A stretch of 19,851 nt of DNA from a candidate division WOR-3 bacterium (GTDB lineage: Bacteria; Hydrothermota; Tepidihabitantia; Tepidihabitantales; JAOUPE01), in contig JBDRUX010000042.1 in NCBI GenBank assembly GCA_039801565.1, positions 1-19,851 of the forward strand, given 5' to 3'. The notes beneath the pieces were generated by a model. It was given only the letters and a program-made list of their open reading frames with translations, was not told where the DNA came from and searched no databases. Every line of letters begins with the position of its first letter. Positions within the stretch are counted from its first letter, which is position 1. The translations under genes were made by a program, and so were the position numbers. This document shows, piece by piece, positions 1 to 9,109 of the stretch.

Positions 1-1
1 C

Positions 2-1330
2 CGAAGTGGCTCATTATTAGCCCGGACCTGTCTGCTAAAGCACAGGCAGATTGGGCTAATAATCCTCTTTGCCGTTTCAATAGTAATGGCAGGGGGGAGA
101 ATACCGAAAATCGAACGGTCAAGCTCTACAATGCGACAGCTTTCGGGAAAAGAGACAAAAGAACTAATAGAACGAATACCAGAAATTTTCATTGATGCCT
201 TAGGTAGAGCAGCGTCGGACTTCAAAACTGATGAAATAGCTAAACTCAAACAGGACACGAATTTCTTAAAAGCAAATCTTAAACTTAAGGAATTAGAAAC
301 TTCCTTGCTTCAAACTGTTTTCCCAAATGCTCACTTTTATCAATTGTGGAAATTGGACGTGCGACCGCATTATCCTTATCTAATAGCTATTATCGGTAAT
401 AAGCTTTATCAGATGCCCTCTAATTTCAACCGTTTACTTTTAGAACACAACTTAGAGGTAAATGATAAGAACATAATTGAATTGGCAAAGGCTTTTGTGA
501 TAATTGCCTTAGAAGGTAAAGAAATCACCTTCCTGGAAGGGAAGAGGAGTATAGATAAAAAGAAAAGTCCGCCAATTTATCGAGTCCAGTTGAAAGTTAG
601 AGTAAATGACGAAATTCAGATTTACGGTTTTCACATCCGATACGGTCAGATACTATGGGCAACAATGAATGTCGAAGGTGAAACTGATACAAAATACTTT
701 GATTTTGAAATTATAGAGGAACCGCCTAAACGAGGTGAATTGGATTTACAGGGCCAAATAAATATTGCTACCGCTTCTCCGAGTAAAGCTTATGTTGAGT
801 GGGAAGATTCAAAACCACATTATTATCTCATAGTAGACTCAAATGGGCAGGCAACTAATGACCCGGTTAAGTTTGAACTATCCGGATTTCAAACTAATCA
901 ACCTAATATTGCTATTCTGGTGAGATGTATTAAAACTGCGTATACGGATACTCTTTTATATCAACCGGTAGCGATTGATAGTAGTGGGAATGGTTCTTTC
1001 TTGTGGACACCCAATTCACAAAAGACTTGTATCACTCGAGTGTGGGCGATTGATACCGTAACCAAAGACTCAACTCCAAGCAAAGAACTCACCCTTGAGA
1101 AGGTGGTGACGGGTAGGTTTCATGATAATTATCCGGATACTTTCACAGTTTATTTTACCGACCAATTCTTTCAAGGTTTAAATCAAGGTGCTAATTATCC
1201 TGCTACCTTTGCCGGTTGTGTTAAGACCGCAGCAATTGAATCCTGGCAAAAACAAGCATTTGAATCCAATTCTCACAAACTGTTAATTAGAGATTATTTA
1301 GTTTTAAGTCATTTATGTTTAAAATGGTGA
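2..1330 (+). CDS. Secreted hypothetical protein; 5'-partial at the window edge and probably 3'-truncated
   Basis: The frame of ORF 86..1330 is open back to position 2 (RSGSLLARTCLLKHRQIGLIILFAVSIVMA|GG). This is a signal-peptide-like hydrophobic stretch, so the true start lies left of the window. The C-terminal half is beta-rich/Ig-like (GSFLWTP...TRVWAID). The last ~22 aa look like run-on into non-coding repeat DNA. Confidence 0.6.
   Translation, partial: RSGSLLARTCLLKHRQIGLIILFAVSIVMAGGRIPKIERSSSTMRQLSGKETKELIERIPEIFIDALGRAASDFKTDEIAKLKQDTNFLKANLKLKELETSLLQTVFPNAHFYQLWKLDVRPHYPYLIAIIGNKLYQMPSNFNRLLLEHNLEVNDKNIIELAKAFVIIALEGKEITFLEGKRSIDKKKSPPIYRVQLKVRVNDEIQIYGFHIRYGQILWATMNVEGETDTKYFDFEIIEEPPKRGELDLQGQINIATASPSKAYVEWEDSKPHYYLIVDSNGQATNDPVKFELSGFQTNQPNIAILVRCIKTAYTDTLLYQPVAIDSSGNGSFLWTPNSQKTCITRVWAIDTVTKDSTPSKELTLEKVVTGRFHDNYPDTFTVYFTDQFFQGLNQGANYPATFAGCVKTAAIESWQKQAFESNSHKLLIRDYLVLSHLCLKW
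13..63. repeat. Inverted repeat containing a REP-like palindromic insert
   Basis: ATTATTAGCCC (13-23) and GGGCTAATAAT (53-63) form a perfect 11-bp inverted repeat. It encloses ACCTGTCTGCTAAAGCACAGGCAG (26-49), itself an imperfect CTGTCTG/CAGGCAG hairpin. Confidence 0.7.
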
Positions 1331-1684
1331 TACCAGCCTACCAGCCAGCTCCCCAAGTAACCTACGGGGCTTTCTTAAAGAATTTCGAATTTAGAATTTC
1401 GAATTTCGAAATTGGGAAAGATGCCAGCCTACCGGCTTGCTTACGAGGTTGCCTACGGAACTGCCCCGGTGCTTGCTCCCCAGGTTGCTTCCCAGGTGAC
1501 CTACGGGGCTACCTACCGGGCTACTCCCCAGGTTACTCCCCAAGTTGCCTACTGGGTCGCTTCCGAGGTCGCCTACGAAGTCGCTCCCCAACTTGCTCCC
1601 TAACCAGCTCCCGAAGCAACCTCCGAAGCAACTCCCGAAGCGACCTACGGGGTGACTTAGGGGGTAGCCTACGGGGTCACCCCC
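1330..1684. repeat. Degenerate 12-bp tandem repeat array (3 units at 1330-1365, 22 units at 1421-1684)
   Basis: Units such as GAGGTTGCCTAC, CAGGTGACCTAC, GGGGCTACCTAC, CAGGTTACTCCC, GAAGTCGCTCCC and GAAGCGACCTAC sit in exact 12-bp register from 1421. The array is visibly more GC-rich than its flanks. Confidence 0.9.
1380..1414. repeat. Heptamer tandem repeat (GAATTTC) x5 interrupting the 12-bp array
   Basis: GAATTTC GAATTTA GAATTTC GAATTTC GAAATTG. Flanked by CTTTC (1370-74) and GAAAG (1416-20), which can pair. Confidence 0.85.
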
Positions 1685-1765
1685 TATACGGTACCCCCTC
1701 CCTAAGGGAAAATTGGTGTAACCGACGGAAGACCAACACGATAGACGAAAAATTCGGTCGTTTTT

Positions 1766-1792
1766 AGGTTGAAATATATTTCAACTTTTTCT
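1766..1792 (+). terminator. Possible intrinsic terminator or palindromic binding site
   Basis: Perfect palindrome GTTGAAATATATTTCAAC (1768-1785) followed by TTTTTCT. The stem is AT-rich, so it is weak as a terminator. Confidence 0.4.
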
Positions 1793-1800
1793 GGCACAAA

Positions 1801-1823
1801 ACCTGTCCTGACGACAGGTCAGG
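1801..1823. repeat. REP-like short palindrome
   Basis: CCTG-T-CCTG acga CAGG-T-CAGG hairpin with a central T/T mismatch. Same style as the element at 26-49. Confidence 0.65.
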
Positions 1824-1904
1824 AATACCAACCAATAATTGAAAAAAGCAATTTAACCACAAATGAACACAGATTTACACGGCTACTAATTATAACTGGT
1901 TAGA

Positions 1905-2528
1905 TTAGAAGATATGTTTTATGGCAAAGACCGAACCAACAACAATTCCGCCAACGATAACTGACGCTGTTAAGGTATATAATCCGATTCGGTTGAAATA
2001 AGTGGTGAATGGCGATTTGTTAAAAAATTTCTTCAATCTCGGCATCGCAAAAAATGCCTGAATCATCGCTCGGGGTGGAAAAGATTCAATATCACCGACT
2101 GCCAAAACATATTTCCCAAAATTGTCATCGTTATAAACTTTGATTAAATATTCACCTTTTTCGACTCTTGCCTCGTATTCTGGACCTTTTAGATAATGGT
2201 CGCCACCAAATGGCTCGAAGAATTTTTGCCAAACAAATCCTTTACCATTCAAATTTAATTCTTTGCCTTTGCTCACCTCGACCGAAAAATCGGTTCGGGC
2301 ACCTTTAATATCCGGAACCAGAATATTGAGATAGAGTTTGAATTCTTTTTCGGCATTGATTTGATAATAATGGGGTGAACCGGTCAATTCGCCATAAAAA
2401 GCCTGTGAGATTTCCGGATTTTGAATATAAAAAGGATAATTGAAGGCAAGGTCTTTTTGAAGAACTAATCTTGGTTGATGACCAAAAATAATACTAAATA
2501 ACAGAACTATTGATAATAACTGCTTCAT
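1905..2528 (-). CDS. Exported/membrane-anchored hypothetical protein
   Basis: 207 aa. N-terminal signal peptide (MKQLLSIVLLFSIIFG|HQPR) and C-terminal TM helix (IGLYTLTASVIVGGIVVGSVFAI). A sigma70-like promoter lies directly upstream. Confidence 0.8.
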   Translation of the reverse strand: MKQLLSIVLLFSIIFGHQPRLVLQKDLAFNYPFYIQNPEISQAFYGELTGSPHYYQINAEKEFKLYLNILVPDIKGARTDFSVEVSKGKELNLNGKGFVWQKFFEPFGGDHYLKGPEYEARVEKGEYLIKVYNDDNFGKYVLAVGDIESFPPRAMIQAFFAMPRLKKFFNKSPFTTYFNRIGLYTLTASVIVGGIVVGSVFAIKHIF

Positions 2529-2537
2529 CAGGGTTTA

Positions 2538-2565
2538 ATTATAACTTAAGCAAAATTAGATTCAA
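2538..2565 (-). promoter_or_regulatory. Sigma70-type promoter for 1905..2528
   Basis: TTGAAT-N16-TATAAT on the minus strand, 9 nt before the ATG. No Shine-Dalgarno. Confidence 0.65.
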
Positions 2566-2628
2566 GTAAAAAGGTCGGATAAATCCATTCCTAAATTTTT
2601 CTGGTTGCTGTCATTTTTGGATGAGATA

Positions 2629-2656
2629 TTGACAAGTTGAATAAGTTTGCTATAAA
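2629..2656 (+). promoter_or_regulatory. Sigma70-type promoter for the 2690..5705 gene pair
   Basis: TTGACA (2629-34)-N16-TATAAA (2651-56). Shine-Dalgarno AAGGAGG at 2679-2685 before ATG 2690. Confidence 0.65.
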
Positions 2657-2689
2657 AATATGTGAAAAAATTAACTCAAAGGAGGCTTT

Positions 2690-4141
2690 ATGAAACATTT
2701 TTTGGCTGTCTTACTGCCATTGTTTACCTTGGTCTATGCCCAGCTTCAATTCAGTAATCCGGTTATGTGTTCAAATGAAGTAAGCGAATGGTGGGGCACG
2801 GGTGATGGTTGCATCGGCACCAATAACGAAATTTACGAAGCCTGGACTCATACCGGTTTTGCCAACAGTGATGGTGGTATCTATTTTGCCGCATCCTATG
2901 ATACTAATCGAACCTGGTCATCGGATATAACTATTCACTATTGCGACCCGAGCTGGGTGCATGCTGAATGTTCCGGACCAAAATTGGCGACCACCGGTGA
3001 TACGGTTTATTGTCTATACTGGTTAAGACCAGAACATGCGACACTCGAGTATCACCTTTATTGTTCTCGTTCCGATAACCGTGGTGCGAACTGGAATATT
3101 TTTGATGTCTCAATAACCGGCAGCCAATATGCTGGTTCGCCTCGCGGTCTCGATGTCGCGATCGGACCAGACAAGGCAGTCAATTTAGTATTCTCTACCT
3201 CTCAATCGTATTTCCAGGAAAAGACTTATTTTTGTCGTTCGACCAATGGCGGAATTAGTTTCTCCAGGCCAATGCTATTACCATTTGACCCGACAAATAC
3301 ACAAGTTTATTACCCATCAATGACCATTAGTAATGACGGTCGAATTTTTATAGTGGTAACCTGCCGACGCCAAACCTCAAATTACCTTTATCTTGTAGTA
3401 TCAAACGACAGCGGAAGGACTTTTGATACAACCAATCTCACTTCGGTGCTTGGTGCTGGCTATTACCCAATTATTCGAATCGGAGCTCAGGATAAACTTT
3501 ATCTATGCTATGAAACTGCGAACAATGAAGTTAAGGTTAGTAGTTCAACCGATGGCGGCATTACCTGGCAGACACCAACCTTACTCGTGAATGATAATTT
3601 CGGCTGGGATTTTAATGCTCAAGACACCCGACTGCTTTTTGCCTATAACGATGAATCAACTTGGGAACTTTATTATCGTTATTCGGATGACGGCGGATTA
3701 ACTTGGTCTGACCCAAGTCGGGTCTGGCAAACTTGGCCATTCCCAGGAGATTGGCTAACAGTTGACCTTGATATTCGAAATGACCTGGCAACTATCTCGA
3801 TGCACCCAGAACCAGGGAATGTCGAAGCTCAGTATTGTTCGCATGCTTTTTGGGCGCCTGGAATTGTTGAACTAAAAACTGAATTAATTTTAATCCAGTC
3901 CGAATTATTTGCGACTCCTAACCCATTCAAAACCCAAACCGTCTTTACTATTCCTAATTCGACCAACCAGCCATTGAATATTTCAATCTATAATTCGATG
4001 GGCAGGTTGGTTCGGGAATTAGAAATCAAAGATAGAGCAGTTTGGAATGGCTGTGACAATAATTCAAAACCTTTACCAGCCGGCGTCTATTTGTGCCAAA
4101 TAGCAGGTTTAAAACCAGTTCGGGTTGTTCTGAGCAAGTAA
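2690..4141 (+). CDS. Secreted BNR/Asp-box (sialidase-like beta-propeller) protein with C-terminal FlgD-Ig/T9SS-type sorting domain
   Basis: Signal peptide. Six Asp-boxes (SYDTNRTW, SDNRGANW, STNGGISF, SNDSGRTF, STDGGITW, SDDGGLTW). CTD PNPF...IYNSMGRLV...WNGCD...LPAGVY. Strong Shine-Dalgarno. Confidence 0.88.
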   Translation: MKHFLAVLLPLFTLVYAQLQFSNPVMCSNEVSEWWGTGDGCIGTNNEIYEAWTHTGFANSDGGIYFAASYDTNRTWSSDITIHYCDPSWVHAECSGPKLATTGDTVYCLYWLRPEHATLEYHLYCSRSDNRGANWNIFDVSITGSQYAGSPRGLDVAIGPDKAVNLVFSTSQSYFQEKTYFCRSTNGGISFSRPMLLPFDPTNTQVYYPSMTISNDGRIFIVVTCRRQTSNYLYLVVSNDSGRTFDTTNLTSVLGAGYYPIIRIGAQDKLYLCYETANNEVKVSSSTDGGITWQTPTLLVNDNFGWDFNAQDTRLLFAYNDESTWELYYRYSDDGGLTWSDPSRVWQTWPFPGDWLTVDLDIRNDLATISMHPEPGNVEAQYCSHAFWAPGIVELKTELILIQSELFATPNPFKTQTVFTIPNSTNQPLNISIYNSMGRLVRELEIKDRAVWNGCDNNSKPLPAGVYLCQIAGLKPVRVVLSK

Positions 4142-4154
4142 TGTTAATCTCAGT

Positions 4155-5705
4155 TTGAAGGTGACGATAAGAATTCTGCCCTTTTTAATTTTTAGTATTA
4201 ACTTCGGTGTTGCCCAAATCGCACAAATTGCAATCCTGGACGGTCACGAAACAGGCGGTAAATTTGGCTATGCGGTCGCCAGTAGAATTGACTTCAATGC
4301 TGATGGCTTGGCTGATGTGGTGGTCGGCGAACCGGGTTGGAATAAGGTATATCTCTATTTTGGCAATACTTCTTTTGATACGACACCGGATTTAATTTTT
4401 GTTGGCACTCCGGGCACTCAGTTCGGTAGCTGTCTTGCAGTTCTTGGTGATATTAATGGTGATGGGATAGATGATTTAGCGATTGGTGCACCCCGTGATA
4501 ATTCGGGCGGTTCAAATGCCGGAAGAGTTTATGTCTATTTCGGCTCTGAAGACCCGGACACTACTGCGGATTTTATTCTTACTGGTCATATTAATTCGGG
4601 GCGATTTGGCACAAACATCGGCGGCGGTTTTGATATAAACCGAGATGAGGGGATGGATATTCTAATCGGAGCACCAGCGGATTGTAAAGCTTATCTTTTT
4701 TTAGGCGGAACTGGGCTTGATACTATCCCTGACCTTATCCTGCACGACGGCAATGGTGATTACTATGGTCAGGCAGTGGCACTTTTGGGCGATGTTAATG
4801 GCGATACCTTTGGTGAGATGTTAGTCGGCGATTACCGCCATACCGGTAGCATTCTGCATGATGGCGGTTGTTTTCTTTATTTTGGTGGAAATCCACCTGA
4901 CCCAAATGTTGATATAATTTGGGAAGGCGATGAACAAAATCGTCAGCTCGGAATTTCGGTTGCTGCACTCGGCGACCTGAATGGAGATGGTTTGAATGAT
5001 ATTGGATTAGGCGCTTCAATGACCAATAAAGTTCATATTCATTTCGGTAGCAATAATATCGGTCAACCGCCGGATATTGTGCTCCAAGGACACGATTGGT
5101 TCGGCTGCTGGATTGCTGGACAAGGCAATATCAATGGAGATGAATATGATGACCTGATAGTAGGAGCCGATGGTGATGAATATGGTATCCCTTACGGTCC
5201 CGGTTATGCTTTCCTCTTTTTAGGTGGAAATCCGATGAGCCCGATACCCGACACGATTTTAGTTGGTGAAACCGAAGGCGATATGTTTGGCTCTTGCGCC
5301 AGTTTTTGTGGGGATATCAATAATGACCAGCATATTGAGTTTTGTATCGGCGCGCCCGGGAATGACGCCCGTGGGTTGAATGCTGGACGAGTATACATCT
5401 ATTCTTCATTTAATACCAATCTTAATGAATCGGGAAAATCAGATATAACCAAATCTTCTAATTTTCGACTTCGGCAGGGCAATGCAATTCGAGCTAAACA
5501 ATCGTTACCGTTTGAATATGAATTGCCACAAAGTGATAAGGCTCAGATTTTGGTACTGAATGCAATCGGGCAGATTGTGTTTCAACAAGAAATTCACAGT
5601 TCGGTTGGGACTATTACTGTGCCAGTATTGCCGGCTGGTGTTTATAATCTAATTATCAGGTATCAAAAAGAAAGCAAAAGCAAGCGTCTTATCATTATCG
5701 AATAG
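4155..5705 (+). CDS. FG-GAP (integrin-alpha-like beta-propeller) repeat protein with C-terminal sorting domain
   Basis: Seven repeats of FG...D(F/I/V/L)NxDG/T...DxxxGA(P), e.g. FGSCLAVLGDINGDGIDDLAIGAP. CTD NAIGQIV...LPAGVYNLII. Start codon uncertain (TTG 4155 or GTG 4161). Confidence 0.88.
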   Translation: MKVTIRILPFLIFSINFGVAQIAQIAILDGHETGGKFGYAVASRIDFNADGLADVVVGEPGWNKVYLYFGNTSFDTTPDLIFVGTPGTQFGSCLAVLGDINGDGIDDLAIGAPRDNSGGSNAGRVYVYFGSEDPDTTADFILTGHINSGRFGTNIGGGFDINRDEGMDILIGAPADCKAYLFLGGTGLDTIPDLILHDGNGDYYGQAVALLGDVNGDTFGEMLVGDYRHTGSILHDGGCFLYFGGNPPDPNVDIIWEGDEQNRQLGISVAALGDLNGDGLNDIGLGASMTNKVHIHFGSNNIGQPPDIVLQGHDWFGCWIAGQGNINGDEYDDLIVGADGDEYGIPYGPGYAFLFLGGNPMSPIPDTILVGETEGDMFGSCASFCGDINNDQHIEFCIGAPGNDARGLNAGRVYIYSSFNTNLNESGKSDITKSSNFRLRQGNAIRAKQSLPFEYELPQSDKAQILVLNAIGQIVFQQEIHSSVGTITVPVLPAGVYNLIIRYQKESKSKRLIIIE

Positions 5706-5787
5706 GTCTAACCTCTCCGATTTATTTATCTCAATTGCTTTACTCGTTCCATCATTAATTTAACTCAGTGGTCTATTTTTGGAAAAT

Positions 5788-8628
5788 CTAAACCAAGACC
5801 GGTGTGGTTTGTCCAAATAGTTTCTTTAAAAATCTTCCAGTATAAGATTTTTCGTTCTTGGCTACCTCTTGAGGTGGTCCTTCAGCCACAATGTAACCAC
5901 CTTCATCACCGCCCTCAGGTCCTAAATCAATAATCCAGTCCGCACATTTTATCACTTCGAGATTATGTTCAATTACTAAAACGGTATTGTTCATCGAAAC
6001 CAATCGGTCTAACACTTTTAAGAGTAATCGAACATCTTCAAAGTGAAGTCCAGTGGTTGGTTCATCTAATAGATAAAGGGTTCGACCTGTCGCAATCTTG
6101 GATAACTCTTTGGCTAATTTCACTCTTTGGGCTTCACCACCAGAAAGGGTTGGTGCTGGTTGACCAAGTTTAATATAACCCAGACCGACGTCGTTTAATA
6201 ATTCAAGTTTGCGTCGAATCGGTGGGATATTGGCAAAAAACTCTAATGCCTCGGTCACGGTCATATTTAAGACATCATAGATATTTTTGCCTTTGTATTT
6301 TATTTCTAAGGTCTCACGATTATATCGCTTGCCTTTACAGACATCGCACGGCACGTAGACATCGGGTAAAAAGTGCATCTCAATCTTAATTATCCCATCA
6401 CCAGCACAGGCTTCACAACGTCCGCCCCGGACATTGAAGGAGAATCTACCTGGCTTATAGCCTCGCATTCGGGCATCTTTGGTCTGGGCGAAAAGTTCCC
6501 GAATCGGTGTGAAGGCATTAGTATAAGTTGCTGGATTGGAACGCGGCGTCCTACCAATCGGCGACTGATCAATGTTAATAACTTTGTCAATCTTTTCGAT
6601 ATTTAATATCTTATCATGCTCACCGGGTTTAGTTTTGGAACCATAGAAATATTGGGCTAAGGCGCGATAGAGAATATCGGTCATCAAAGTACTTTTACCT
6701 GAACCTGAGACACCAGTTATACAGACAAATAAGCCTAAAGGAATCTTAACATCAATATTTTTTAAATTATTCTCCCGAGCACCTTTAATAATGAGAAAAT
6801 CACCTTTGGGCTTACGAGTCGCAAATGGAATTGGAATTGTCTTTTTGCCATCAAGATAGGCACCGGTCAAAGATTTCTTATTCGCTTTGATTTCTTCGGG
6901 TGTGCCAGTTGCGACCACATAGCCACCATTCTCACCTGCACCCGGCCCCAAATCAATCACATAATCAGCCGAAAGAATTGTGTCTTTATCATGCTCAACC
7001 ACAATCACGGTATTGCCTAAATCGCGCAATTTCTTTAAGGTATCAAGGAGCCGATGATTGTCGCGTTGGTGTAACCCAATACTTGGCTCATCTAAGATAT
7101 AGACGACACCAACTAAACCCGAACCAATTTGAGTTGCTAATCGAACCCTTTGTTCTTCACCACCACCTAAGGTCTCGGTGGTTCGGTCTAAGGTTAAATA
7201 GTCAAGCCCAACCGAGAGCATAAAGCCTAAACGCTTTTGAATCTCTTTGATTACTTCCCGGCTAATCACCTTCTCTTTTTCGGTGAGGTTGATTTCCGAA
7301 GTGAAGAACTGATAGGCCTTTTTAACCGACATTTTGGTAATATCGTGGATATTCAAATCATTTATCTTTACTGCCAATGCTTCTTTTTTCAATCGCGTGC
7401 CGTTACAGTCCGGACAAGGTAAAACTGACATAAAACGTTCAACCCATTCCCTTCGGGCTTCGGATTCGGTCTGTTTATAGATGCGCATCAGATGAGGTAT
7501 TGCACCTTCGAACTTTTCATACATCTCAAACGATGTGCCATCCCAACGGGTATATTTCATCTTTATCTCATCTTCAGTGCCGTAGAGCAAGACATTCTTG
7601 GCTACTTTGGGCAGTTGCCGAAATGGGGTGTTCAAGTCGAAGTCATAGGCTTTGGCGACCGATTCTAATTGCGAAATAAACCAATTGCTGGACGGTTCAC
7701 CCCAAGATTCAATCGCTCCCTCCATCACACTTAAATTTGGGTCAGGAATTAATCGGTCAGGGTCAATCTCCATTTTAGTGCCTAAACCGTGACAGGTTGG
7801 ACAGGCGCCATAAGGTGAATTGAAGGAAAAAAGCCTTGGGCTTATCTCTTCATAACTGAACCCACAATCCACACAAGCCAATGCCTCAGAAAATATTCGG
7901 TCCTCTTTGCCGTCAATACCTACAATACAAAGCCCTTCGCCTTCTTTTAAAGCAATCTCTAAGGAATCAGCTAATCTTTTGCGAATATCAGGCTTGATGA
8001 TTAATCGGTCAACAACTACTTCGATATTATGTTTTTTGTATTTATGTAATTCTGGTACCTCTTCAATCTCATAGATTTTGCCATCAACCCGAACCCGGAT
8101 AAAACCTCGTTTCTTTGCCTTTTGCAGTAACTCTTTATATTCACCTTTGCGCCCTCGCACCAATGGAGCAAAAATTTCAATTTTTGTATTCTCTTTTAAG
8201 GCAAGAATTGAATCAACAATCTGGTCAGTAGTTTGAGAAGAAATCTTTTTATTACAATTTGGGCAGTAAGGAATTCCAATCCGAGCAAAAAGTAAACGAA
8301 GGTAATCATAGATTTCGGTCACTGTGCCCACCGTTGAACGGGGATTACGGGCAGAAGTTCTTTGCTCAATTGCAATTGCTGGAGAAAGCCCTTCAATATA
8401 GTCAACATCTGGCTTCTCTAACATTCCAAGAAATTGCCGAGCATAGGCAGAAAGCGATTCGATGTAACGGCGCTGACCTTCGGCATAAATCGTATCGAAG
8501 GCTAACGAAGACTTACCCGAACCCGAAATTCCGGTAATTACGACTAATTTGTTACGCGGTATCTTAATATCAATATTCTTTAAATTATGCTCTCTGGCGC
8601 CTTTGACCAGAATGTAGTCGTTTTTCAT
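5788..8628 (-). CDS. uvrA: Excinuclease ABC subunit A
   Basis: [10 protein letters not shown]; two Walker A motifs ([16 protein letters not shown]); zinc-finger CxxC pairs; [31 protein letters not shown] 8628 is preferred over 8634 because 8634 is only 3 nt from the -10 box. Confidence 0.99.
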   Translation of the reverse strand: MKNDYILVKGAREHNLKNIDIKIPRNKLVVITGISGSGKSSLAFDTIYAEGQRRYIESLSAYARQFLGMLEKPDVDYIEGLSPAIAIEQRTSARNPRSTVGTVTEIYDYLRLLFARIGIPYCPNCNKKISSQTTDQIVDSILALKENTKIEIFAPLVRGRKGEYKELLQKAKKRGFIRVRVDGKIYEIEEVPELHKYKKHNIEVVVDRLIIKPDIRKRLADSLEIALKEGEGLCIVGIDGKEDRIFSEALACVDCGFSYEEISPRLFSFNSPYGACPTCHGLGTKMEIDPDRLIPDPNLSVMEGAIESWGEPSSNWFISQLESVAKAYDFDLNTPFRQLPKVAKNVLLYGTEDEIKMKYTRWDGTSFEMYEKFEGAIPHLMRIYKQTESEARREWVERFMSVLPCPDCNGTRLKKEALAVKINDLNIHDITKMSVKKAYQFFTSEINLTEKEKVISREVIKEIQKRLGFMLSVGLDYLTLDRTTETLGGGEEQRVRLATQIGSGLVGVVYILDEPSIGLHQRDNHRLLDTLKKLRDLGNTVIVVEHDKDTILSADYVIDLGPGAGENGGYVVATGTPEEIKANKKSLTGAYLDGKKTIPIPFATRKPKGDFLIIKGARENNLKNIDVKIPLGLFVCITGVSGSGKSTLMTDILYRALAQYFYGSKTKPGEHDKILNIEKIDKVINIDQSPIGRTPRSNPATYTNAFTPIRELFAQTKDARMRGYKPGRFSFNVRGGRCEACAGDGIIKIEMHFLPDVYVPCDVCKGKRYNRETLEIKYKGKNIYDVLNMTVTEALEFFANIPPIRRKLELLNDVGLGYIKLGQPAPTLSGGEAQRVKLAKELSKIATGRTLYLLDEPTTGLHFEDVRLLLKVLDRLVSMNNTVLVIEHNLEVIKCADWIIDLGPEGGDEGGYIVAEGPPQEVAKNEKSYTGRFLKKLFGQTTPVLV

Positions 8629-8637
8629 TGACATTAA

Positions 8638-8665
8638 ATTATAATTCCAATTAGCACAAATTCAA
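8638..8665 (-). promoter_or_regulatory. Sigma70-type promoter of uvrA
   Basis: TTGAAT-N16-TATAAT, 9 nt before ATG 8628. Same geometry as the promoter at 2538-2565. Confidence 0.65.
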
Positions 8666-8699
8666 TAGGTCAAAAAGGGTTCATTGGGCAACCAGCTTC

Positions 8700-9075
8700 G
8701 TTGTGTAGTATAATCCGTGGCAAGACACTCCTTGATAATAGATAAGAAAGGGTCGGCGATGAGCTTATCCGGTCCGAATTGGAATAGGTGAGATTTCTAT
8801 ATAGCGGCAAATGTTGGGCGGCAATGGACTCAACAATTGGCCAAGGTTTATGATGAGATGGCATATAAAGGTCATTGTCATAAGCAGGCGGTATGTGCGG
8901 TAGAAGGCAATGACAAGCCGAGTGCTACGTATCTTAAAATATAATCGCCCTTATGACCTTCGGGATATTGATGGTCGGAAAATAACGAAGACTGAGACAC
9001 GACGGATTGTAAAGGAGCGGTATTGGGTACCGGAAGAAATATGGCAGCGGTTACGAAACCGAAAGGGGTGGAAGC
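8700..9075 (+). pseudogene. IS110-family transposase C-terminal remnant
   Basis: From 8741 it reads DKKGSAMSLSGPNWNR*DFYIAANVGRQWTQQLAKVYDEMAYKGHCHKQAVCAV (in-frame TGA at 8789-91). After a frameshift near 8905 it reads MTSRVLRILKYNRPYDLRDIDGRKITKTETRRIVKERYWVPEEI. This resembles IS110 C-termini as I recall them (K.Gp..l..alY.aA..aRqwDpqlA..Y...KG..h..AvcAva...rPY.lRD.dG). No N-terminal RuvC/DEDD domain. Confidence 0.78.
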
Positions 9076-9109
9076 AAAATAATTTTTCCAATATCCAGAT
9101 TTTTTGTGT

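Noticed and set aside
1330..1684. CRISPR array or DGR template/variable repeat
   Set aside because: Contiguous 12-bp units with no repeat-spacer alternation. No cas or reverse transcriptase gene, and no pair of ~100-bp repeats differing at adenines.
1315..1767. ORFs 1315..1767, 1391..1591 and 1412..1603 as real genes
   Set aside because: They are translations of the repeat array in different frames, with low complexity and no convincing start signals.
2690..4141. Calling the Asp-box protein a true sialidase
   Set aside because: Asp-boxes are structural and no RIP/FRIP catalytic motif is visible.
5788..8634. Antisense or alternate-frame ORFs within uvrA (6373, 6390, 6900, 7237, 8259)
   Set aside because: Shadow ORFs of a highly conserved gene, with no motifs.
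8635..8700. LexA/SOS box upstream of uvrA
   Set aside because: No CTGT-N8-ACAG or GAAC-N4-GTTC pattern seen. A lineage-specific box cannot be excluded.
8670..8864. 64-aa minus-strand ORF
   Set aside because: Antisense to the IS110 remnant.
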